A stretch of 64,000 nt of DNA from Monocercomonoides exilis PA203 (Eukaryota > Protista > Preaxostyla): positions 806,001-870,000 of the forward strand of contig LSRY02000014.1 of NCBI GenBank assembly GCA_001643675.2. The letters run 5' to 3'. The translations under genes were made by a program, and so were the position numbers. The notes under the pieces were generated by a model, which worked only from the letters and a program-made list of their open reading frames with translations, was not told the DNA's origin and searched no databases. Positions 50,015 to 60,020 of the stretch are shown piece by piece (positions within the stretch are counted from its first letter, which is position 1; the number at the start of each line of letters is the position of its first letter).

Positions 50015-50625
50015 ATATGGAAAATGTTGCTTTTTTATCAGTGCATTTTCTGAACAAAAATTTCTTTTTGAAAATAAAATTGTATCATGTTAATTATTTT
50101 GTAGTTTTTTCTCATTAGTAAAACAGCATTTTTTCGAAAAATTGTCCATTATCTTAAAAAAAAAGTTTTTATTCAAAACAAAATTTACTCATTAAGCAAT
50201 CCAAACATTTGACTTCTTTTTTTATTGTTTATTATTTATGTTTGTTATTAGAATTCAAATTATAGCACTTTGGAAGAGTAATTTTTCTCTATGAAATTTG
50301 TTCTGCACAGTTCTTTAAAAGACTTTTCTCTCTTTTTTTAATTTTCTTTTTAACTTTGCATGGTAATATCAGAATAAAAAAGATTCGATTCCCATTAAAA
50401 ATTAGAACAAATCATTGATTTTTTCATCAATAAAAAAAATACTATCCTGTTTTGCTAAAAATGTCAAAAAAAATTGTGAATTGTTCCAAAAAATAATTGT
50501 GAACGGAAAATTTTAATGATAATCTAAGGCGGTTATATTTTCAATCACATATATTCACAATCAGAAATCTTCCCAAATTGTTGTTCAAAACTCACTTTCA
50601 TGATGTCCGATTTAGACAGAGAATG

Positions 50626-50986
50626 GATTGTGCAAAAAATTCCGGACAAGATCGATTTCACAACAACTGCAAGATTAAATAATTCTGTTGATTTTTCTCT
50701 TCATAGATCTTATCCACACTAACTCATTTGACATGCTTGACCACCATTTTCGCGTTGACTGAATACTGAAAAAAAAAAAAAATAAATAATTTTCGGAAAA
50801 AAAGGATTTTTTGTTTCAAAGAGATTATCATTATTAATTTTTTATGAGCACAAATGAAGTCGTTTTGAAAGTCTCGTGTTTCAAATGAGTTTGTATTAAT
50901 GAGATATATATTGAGAAAAATCAACAGAATTATTTTTTCTTGCAGTTGTTGTGAAATCAATCTTGTCCGGAATTTTTTGCACAATC
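50626..50986. mobile_element. Foldback-like element with long imperfect inverted repeats
   Basis: GATTGTGCAAAAAATTCCGGACAAGATCGATTTCACAACAACTGCAAGA... from 50626 is mirrored at 50986. The first ~75 bp are near-identical, and similarity continues to ~105 bp (50731 vs 50881). Confidence 0.75.
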
Positions 50987-51039
50987 AATATTTATTCTCC
51001 TGTCGGAAATATCAAAAAGTCAATAAAACAAAAAGACTT

Positions 51040-51297
51040 GGGTGATTATTTTTGAAATCATATTTTTTCATACAAAAATTTCGGTGCAAAAATATTTTTT
51101 GAATATCAATAAAAAAATTGTTTAAAAGTGAATAGGCTTATTGAATACGTTTTAATCTTTGATTCGGATAAACCATTTGTTTTTAAAAACAATTATCAAA
51201 CTTATTCTTTTTTTAATATAAATTTTTCTTTCAAAAACAAACAATCTTTGAAAAATTAACACCCCGAAAAAAGATATGATTTCAAAAATTATCGCCC
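51040..51297. mobile_element. MITE family A copy 3 (258 bp), opposite orientation
   Basis: TIRs GGGTGATTATTTTTGAAATCATA / TATGATTTCAAAAATTATCGCCC, with non-palindromic ACTT duplicated at 51036-51039 and 51298-51301. Confidence 0.9.
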
Positions 51298-51934
51298 ACT
51301 TGAAAAAATGGATGCAATTTACCAAATGACACGCATTCATCAATTCGTTATCAGCTTTTGATCTATTTCGTTGAGGAAATTCAAAATCATAAATTTTAAA
51401 CAATTCTTTGAGATGAAACATAAATGATAAAAAATGAAAAATTATAAATGCACATAGCAAATTAGTGATTTCAAATACAATCACAAATCTTATTAGTGAA
51501 ATATTAATTAGAGAATCATTTTTATTCGAAGTTCAGAGTTTTTATGTAATTTATTCGAATTTGTTTGTAAAAATTTTCGATTTTGAACAATTTTTAGTGT
51601 ATACAAATAAATAATCAATAAAAAAAAAATCACTGAGTTTAAAATTGTACTGGATTCTTTGAATTTGCCAAAAACTTACAATAATACTCAGTTCCAGTAA
51701 ATATAAAATTGAAGCAAAATTAAAAAAATCCATTGGAAAATTAAAACGCAAATAAAACATGGATCTCAATCTCTCGTGGGAAAAGTTATTGATTTTTGAG
51801 TTCTTAACAGAGAGGAAAGAAAACAATTAAACCATTGAAAACGAACAGAACCGCAAAATACAAAATATTTAAAAAAAACAAATAAACATGAATAAAAATT
51901 TTTTTGTTATTGATAGAATAATAAACAGCGGTTT

Positions 51935-54900
51935 TCACATAAACACTTTTGCATGTTTTGTACCATAGCTTACAATCAAAGCAGTTTCTGTGGGATGCCA
52001 TGTCATTGTTTGTATCGGATACTCTCTATCGGTGATATGATGCAGTCCTTTTGCTGCAGGCCTTAGCTCAGTTCCAACTTTTTGGTAAGAAAACAGTGTC
52101 TTTTTCGTTGAGATAAACACATACGGCTGTGTTGGATGGGGCGCAAATGCTGTTGTTTGGTCGTCGAACCCAGCCACAAGAGAAGTGGTGGTGGCATAAT
52201 ACGCTCCCAGGCGCTGAGCCAATGAGACAGACGTCACCGAGCGGTGAGGCTGCCGCACATCCATCAAGGTGATTTCTGTGTTGTTGCTGGCAATCACAAG
52301 GTCTTGCCGAGAACTCATCGAAAACGCCACAGAAAAGATGTTGCTGTTCAGTCGAAGAACGTTTGGAGAGAGGCATAGCGGATTGTCTGCAGTTGTAGAG
52401 AAGTTTAAAAAAAAAATAAAGCAAAATGTTTAATGTCAAACAAACAAATAAACACAAAATTAACAATAAAACAATACATATACATAAATATGAAAAAATG
52501 ATAACTCAAACCATCAAGACAAATATTGAAGCACGGGTTCGTCTTTTCTCTGCGATCGAACATGTGCAGCCGCTTCCCCGATGCCAGCACGACGATGTAT
52601 CCTGTGGGGTCCATTGACAAAGCAGAGACAGGCTGGTCGAACTGTGTTGGCTGGTCGAGTATGCACAACTCCTGCTCCACGTCCCAGATGCGGAACGACA
52701 GAGGCTCTCCAGCAACAGCCATCAGCCCGGTTGTCTGAGACCAGTTCAGCTTGAAGATCGGCTCTGTATGTGTGGACGAGCAGGACGAAGAGGAAAGAAC
52801 ACTCGACGAGGATGTCGGGTGGCTTCCTACGACCGTTTGCACTGAAAAAAGAGTAATATTTAAAGATGTAACATTATGGTTAATAAAATAAACACAATAT
52901 AATTATTCGGTGAAATAGATTTGGGAAACAAAAATGAAGAGATTAATCGATCAAAACAAATGAAAATTAAACTTTTCAAAAAAAAAAAAAAAAAAAAAAT
53001 AATAGCAATAAAAGATAAACAAACCAGGTGTCAGCGAGCTCCTCATATCCTCTCCCGTTACACGCAGCTGGAAGAGATAGCGCGGGAAAGCGAAGAAGGA
53101 GGCAATCAGACGGGACTCTGTTTCAGTCTCTGGGAAAGAAAGGACATTGACAGTGCTGTCGTTGAGCGAGATGATCATTCGGGTGTTGACGCCTTCGTTG
53201 ATGAAGTCCAGCGACGACAGATGGGGCCGTCCTATGGGAAGATACTGAGGCGTCTGAGAGTGGCGATGATACTTTAGAGGATGGAAGGAAGGGGGGGGGG
53301 GGGGGGTAAATGTGAAATGTAGCAGAATAATAACACAAAAGGAAAGAATGATAGAGAAATAAGAATTAAAAATTGAATAAATAAACATATTATAAAAATG
53401 CTCACACAAAAGTTTCAAAGCAAAAATGTCAAAAAGCACTTTTAAAAAAAAATAATATTTTATTTTCCCTATTGAAGCATTCAAAACAAAAAGAAAAGAA
53501 GCAATCATCCATCAACAAACCCCAGCAGGACAAAAATTGTTGAGATGGGTGACGACTTTCTCCACCTGCAGATTCGGTGGCGACGGCGGTGGAATTTGGA
53601 ATGTGCGAATGTGGCTCTGCAGCTTCATCTCTGTCCTTTTCCTGTCTCCGCGCCCTCCTGCGCCTCTTTCCTCTCTTCCATCCCGCTGGTCTCTGCCGCC
53701 TCCCCCGCCTCCGATGCTCTTCTGCTGCAGTGCTGACACATCGTATATACCCACTGTGTTCCTTCTCGCGCTGCCAATCGCCACGATGTGCTCACGTGGA
53801 TGGAAGGCGGTGTGGGTGATGCCATTGGAGTATGTAATCACACCCGCATTCGACAAAGTCAGCTCCTCTGCTGTTCGGATCGTCGGGTACGATGCCCCCA
53901 TCGTCTGCCCTGCACTGAGGATGCTCGCACCTGCACCCACCCCCACACCCACTCCAGGCACACCTGGCCCTCCAACACCAACTGTTGCAGCAGCAGGCGA
54001 AGGAGGGGGCAGGAAAGAAGGCAGCCCTGTGGAGTGGAAGAGGTTGTTGTGTGTCGCTGAGCCAACAGAAAGTGCTCTTGAAGCACGCACATTGGCTGAG
54101 CTGCTGGCGATGGAGAGTGACATGTCAGAGGTGCCTGTGCTGAAGGCGCCTGTAGCCACAGACTGGCTGCTGAGGGCGGAGAGAGCAGGCATTCGTTGCT
54201 CAGGTCCAGGCGTGGTGGCCTTCGGAGGAATGCTTCCACTCACCACATCAGTCTGCATCGCTTCCATCAGCTGCTCTGCCATCGTTGGCGCGGAGTGCAT
54301 CTTCCCTGATGCAGCATTGGGGTCACCTGCTGAAGCAGTGGTGGTTCCCATTGAAGGTGTGGACGGTGCAGAGGATGGGTCTGATGGTGTCTGATTAGAA
54401 GAAGAAGAAGAAGAAGAAGGCGCACTGGATGAAGCAGATGCTCCGCCTGCTGCTGACGATGAAGAAGAAGCAGAAGAAGAAGAAGAGGCAGAGGAAGAAG
54501 CACCAGGGGCAGGAGGTGACAGCAAAGGAGAGGAAGCAGTGGGAGATGTGTTGAGAGATCCTTCAACACCGCTTGTGGAGGCACCTGATGATGGACGTGA
54601 AGAAGAAGAAGAAGATGATGAAGAGGAGGATGAGGACGAAGAAAGATCATTCGAGGCAGAAGCAGAGGAAGAAGAGTAAGTAGCAACTGGATGAGCGGGT
54701 GATGGTTGGCCAGCAGCATTTGAAGAAGAAGAAGAGGAGGAGGAGGAAGAGGAGGAGCCTTCTCTCTTCTCTTGTGATGATGTTGTTTGTGTGAGTGGAT
54801 GCACAGTGATAGGCGCAGCGGGAAGGAAGCTGTTGACTGAATGGAAAGGAGACGATGTGAAAAATGAAGAAGAGGAAGAAGACGAGGAGGAAGAGGAAGA

Positions 54901-57900
54901 GTTGCTTGGAAGCTCCCTGCTGAATATCGAAGGTGTGGTGGCAGTAGAAGACGAAACAGAAGCAGAAGAAGAGGCAGAGGCAGAAGCAGAGTAAGATGTG
55001 CGCAGCCCCATCGACGATCCCAACGACTGTGCGGGTGAAAGCGACTGCAGACTCAGGGATGCGAACTCTGTCTGCAGGAACGGGGAACCAGGCGGCGGGT
55101 ACACAGGCTCCGTGCAGTAGAGCTGGCCGATCGGTGGATCGGTCTCAGGGCGCTGTGAGTAGCCTCCGACGACAGGCTCCTTCCAATGCTCAGCACACCA
55201 CGTGTAGATGAGCGTGTAGTGTCTGTTGGGGAAGACAGGGCGCGGCCGGCGTGTGGGGTCCTGTCTGTAGTGCATGAGCGACAGCACAGCAGAGCGGAAG
55301 CCGTTTGAGAACTCACGCGCCGTGCGGCTGAGCTCGTCGAAGTGGTCCACGCAGAACAGCGCCTGTGCCCGCCACGCAGTGATGAAGGCATCGCCGATGG
55401 TGATGGAGGACGTGATTGGGGTCAGCAGCATGTTCGCATACGCTTCGATATCCTCCTTTCGCAGTGACATCATCGGTGACCGTGAGAGCGACAGAGACAA
55501 GCCAGCACCAGATGACCCGATGTGTGAGGGAGAGCGCATCAGACTGCCTGGTGTCGATGCTGTCCCTGCTGCTTGCCCTGCTCCGTGGGGTGTCCTGCCC
55601 ATAGCGCTGTCTCCGCCTGGAATGGGCTGCGGAACAGCTGCCCCGCCTCTTCCAGTTGAGTACACGATGAAGTTGCCTGTGGTGCCAGCACCAGCTCCCA
55701 GTCTGGCTGTGCCCACGGGTGTCATCCCTTCCTCAAATGGGTTGTATTCATCAGACGTCGAGGGAGATGGAGGCTCGTTTATCACTCCTGCTGTTGATGC
55801 CACCGACGAGCCAGGGCCGAATAGCGTGCCACGCAGCACGCCTCCACTGGCAGAAGACATATCAGCACTCATTCCAGCCATTGCTGTTGCATGGTCAGCC
55901 AGCTGTGCAAAGGGTGTGAGTGAGACCGAGTCAGCAGCCTCTTTGAAGCGCGGCACAGCAGCCTGGCTGGAACTGCGCTCGAGATCGCCAGGGGAGCTGA
56001 AGGAGACAGAAGAGATGGCTGCGGAGATGCGCATCTCAGCTGGGTTTGCGTTGGGCAATGTGCCTTCAGGAGAGGGGTTGTCCTTCACCGCCAACTGCGA
56101 CGCTGCCAGCTGGTCGACAGGGTCCTGCGGAAGGCTGCCGTGCTGGGTGATGTCTGGGGATGGGGGAATGAGAGTCATCCGCCCCACAAACCTGCGGCGC
56201 AGTGAGCTTATCTGCGGCACTCCGAGCTGGCTGGATGTGCTGTATGAGGACGAGTGGGAGTGAGGAGTTCCTGCACCGCTGCCGCTGCCGGCAACAACAG
56301 GCGAGCTCTGCCGGGCAGAGGCAGATGAAGGTGCCTCCGGTTCAACGGGCGGGTTGACACCGAATGCCTGGAGAGGAGAAAGAGCAGAGCCAGACGAGGT
56401 AGCCGGCGGAGAGGATGTGGCAGTGCTGAGCTGGTTGAGTGTCTTTGTCTGGAGAGGCACGAGCGCCTGGTACGGCGACGAGTTGGACTCGAGCTGGTAC
56501 AAAAAAGCATCTCCGAAGAAGGACTCAGCGGTGGAGAGGTGGTTCAAAATGAACTGCTGCAGTGCTGACAGCACTTCTCGTCTGACAAGAATAGAGCCGT
56601 CGGTGACACACCCCATCAGCCGCTCGGGGATGATCTGGTCGATCGCCCGCGCCTTCTCGCTGGTCATCTGCATGTCCTTCGCAGACAGACTGAACGAGGA
56701 CAGGCAATACACCGCCGCTGCCCTCACTTCTGGGTGCGGGTCGTGCAGCTTCTCGAACAGCAGGTAGAAGTTGCTCAGCTGCACCGCTCTGTTCTTCGCA
56801 GCGTATGTCGACTGGAAGCAGACTCCGATGCACAGCAGCGCACACGCACGCAGCTGCTTGGAAGGCTCGTTGAGGTGGTTGAAGAAGCTCTCCCAGATGA
56901 CCATCTTGTAGTTCGGCCGCTTCGTCATCTGCAGAATGCGCGAGAGCACAAACAGCGCCATCGCCCGGATCTCGTGTGAGCTCGACTTCTGCGCCATGTG
57001 GCTGAAGCTCTCCTGGAAGTGCTCCAGCTCCTGCGCTTTCTTTGGCTCCACTGCCAAGATGCGCGCCCAGATCGACGTGAGACGCGGCTGGTGGTCGGTG
57101 TTTGGGTTCATCAGGCGGATGGCGCAGGGGAGAATGCCGACGTAGATGGCCTGCCGCACCAGAGGCACGCCTGCAGACAGGAACTGCTCCAGAAGCTGTA
57201 GCCCCCGCGAGCGGAGGATCTGGTGCTGCAGCGACTGCAGGATGATCGGGAGGAACGTGGGCGGCTCCTGCTCTTTGATGCCCAGCCCCAGCCAGATCTC
57301 GAAGGAGTTGAAATGCGACGTGAAGAACTGCAGCTCGTCGTGCACCAGGCGCATGCCAACTGTTGCGCTGGGCTTCTGGTTCTCCATCTGCTGCTGTGTG
57401 CGCTTGAGGGCGAGGTTGATGGCCATGTCGAAGGAGACCCAGAGAGGATGGCTGTGTGTGGGGGGCAAAGGAGGGTAGCACTGGGGGTTGCAGCCGTAGA
57501 GACGCATGATGCGCTGGGCGAGGAGGAAGTGGCGCATAATGGCAGAGAGGAAGAGGTCGTCGCGGAAGAGTGTGATGAAGTGCTCCTTCGGACAGGTCGT
57601 GTATGCAATGGTGTCGGTGATGGCTGTCAGGATCCAGTTCAGCTCCCACGCAATGCTGTTCTTCTGGTTGCCGCCTTCGCGGATCTTCTCAAACACAGCG
57701 GCTGGGTATGTTGAGAGATGGAATTTTTGTGTGTACCACAGGGCAGCCATGCTGATTGGAGTGGTCAGGCACGCTGTGAACAAATCAAAAGGGGCACCGT
57801 TGATTTGAGGAAGCGTCTCTCGAGCACTGCACGCGCATAGAACAACGTTCTTTTCTGTGCAAATGTTTGACTGATGAATGTTGAATAAATTAAAAGTTAA

Positions 57901-59022
57901 TTTTAAAATAATTTGGATAATATGAAGTGCATTGAATAAAATAATATGAAATTAAAAATAAGTTCATAACACAGAAAAAACCATAAAAATTTTAATTTTC
58001 TCCTAAAAATTCAATTTCCACGTAAAAAATACAAACATCTTTTGATATCATATCTCCAGCATTAGAGCAATCAAAAACAAAGACAGTTGGGGATCCTATC
58101 CATGAGTTTAAATCCTTCAATGTAACTGGGGCATAATGCATATGTTTCTAAAAAAAATATTCACAATAATTCAAAATTGATATTTAACTGAATGACAATT
58201 TTCATACTTCATCGAAGACATAAAAGTATTTTGAGTGAGGCTGAATAACTCCTCTCCCATTGTAATGAAAAAATACTCGATGAGATTCTAAATGGGTTAC
58301 AAAAATAAACCAAAAGAAATGAAATTAGAAAATGTACAAACTTGCTTCCGCTCGAGTAATTTGGCATTTTTCTTTCAATTGTTTATCAGTAGGATCAATA
58401 GGAGTTGCAAATGACACCTATGAAAATTTTGGTATCAAGAAAGAAAAAATTACTATTTACAACATACCAATTTTACACCAGGCTTTGTTGATTTAAACCA
58501 AGTTTCGTATTGCTTAAAAAGATGCTCGTACAAAATTTCGTCTTGCCTTTTATCCAATTTTGAAACATCTACCAAAAACAAAAAAAAAAAAAAATAATTA
58601 ATGGAAAACAAAGCAAATATTCGAGTCTCATACCTATCCAGCATTCCAAGTGCTTACAATTATCAGCAATAGGAAATGAATCAGGTGGAACATTTCCTCG
58701 ACCAATGCAAATTGTTAAAAGAATTTTTGTTGTGTAAATCTTGAAGACAATTGTTAAAATATCCATGAAACAGAAGAAAATCAAAAATAAAATAAAATAA
58801 GTGAAATATTTTCAAATGAAAGAAGACAAATTCACAAAAAAATAAACAGGTTAATGAAAATATTACAAAAGAAAAGCGCAAAATGCGGTCAATTTCAAAT
58901 AATCATACGACTTTCCTTGGAGCTTCCATTGGTTCGGTTGGTTGGGGGATTCCCCCATGTTCATGAAGTGTTGATGCGAAAAACTTCGGCTGAGGCTTGC
59001 TTGTTTGATCGGATTGGATCAT
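51935..59022 (-). CDS. RPTOR: Regulatory-associated protein of TOR (Raptor/Kog1), many exons
   Basis: RNC motifs ICIGRGNVPPD, LECWI, FHYNGRGV, SWIGSPTVFVFDCSNAG, DLFTACLTTPI, ELNWILTAITDTIA, LFRDDL..RHFLLAQRIM and PPLPPTHSHPLW; HEAT region DPHPEVRAAAVY and DGSILVRRE; WD40 exons (FHPRE, SSLDFINE, RIWDVEQE, WHP). Start inferred at ATG 59022. Confidence 0.95.
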
Positions 59023-59245
59023 TTGATCCCTTCATTTTTTAGATGGGATAAAACATTTTTTTCTTCCAATTTTGTAAATATTTCTTTTTTGATATGGCAG
59101 AAAAAAAAAAGCAAAAAAAGGAAGAATATTTTTGTAAGTTCGCTATTTATTTGGTTTTTCCATCAATTATTGTTGTGATGAATAAAAGAATAAGATGTGG
59201 TTGGACCAAAAAAGATGTTTAAAATAAAATGTTAAATTTAAACAA

Positions 59246-59776
59246 TTACTCAAGTGGATTAAGTATTGTGCGGATATATTCTTCGCTTCCATCTTTCTTT
59301 GAGATCTCTGTGCACATATTAACATCAAGAAGAGGATGACTTTCATCTTTTCCAGAAAAAAAGCTTGCACTTAGAAGGCCCATATTCAATATTGTTGTTT
59401 CTTTGACTTTACTGAAAAGTTGGAAAAGTTTAAAAAAAGATCTAAATTTACTGATGTATTCATAAATTTTCAACAACCTTATATCTAAATGATCAACGTG
59501 GAATTTTTCAATATGCTTTCCAATTCCATATGTCTTTGGTTCAGTTCTTGCCATCTCTTAATAAGATATTGGAGCTCATTGTTCCATTCAAAGAAAATGA
59601 AAGAGCATACCAACAACTTGTTTTTTCATTGAAAAATCAAAGACAAAGCGCAAAATCCAAAATGCTTCGGGAATGGCCGATTTTATATCAAATCCTATTG
59701 TAACTGTTAGTTCTTTTGTCAATTCGCACTCATTTGGTTCAACTTTAACATCTGTCACTTCGACCGCTTCCTCCAT
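59246..59776 (-). CDS. Divergent ASF1-like (Ig-fold) protein, 3 exons
   Basis: VEVTDVKVEPN..LTVTIGF..W.L.FV..GKHIEKF..TILNMGLL has the ASF1 beta-strand pattern. Introns at 59557-59610 and 59412-59477; ends RTILNPLE. Confidence 0.6.
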
Positions 59777-60020
59777 CTTCGAATAAAAAAATAACAAAAA
59801 TAGATAAAAAAAATACAGAAATTTAAAATTTTGTCCATCAACAACGAAAGAATTTTGAAAACTTTTATTAAAAAAAACAAGAATCACTTAATATGTAATA
59901 AATTATACACCTGATCAAACAATTTTTTCCATTTCTGAATCAAGAACAAATTAAAATAAAAGCAATAAAATTTTCTATGATGAAATTAACGTATAAAAGA
60001 TAAGTTGCTTCAGAGGCTGA

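Noticed and set aside
17167-57808. Numerous antisense and alternate-frame ORFs inside WDR7-like, the coiled-coil gene and Raptor (e.g. 55274-56263, 56525-57649, 43362-44222)
   Set aside because: Shadows of GC-rich or low-complexity codon usage, with no recognisable domains.
1-59022. Functional cluster for phosphate/TOR signalling (phosphoesterase, IPK, Pho80-like cyclin, WDR7, Raptor)
   Set aside because: The genes are dispersed among unrelated loci, and nothing in the sequence supports co-regulation.
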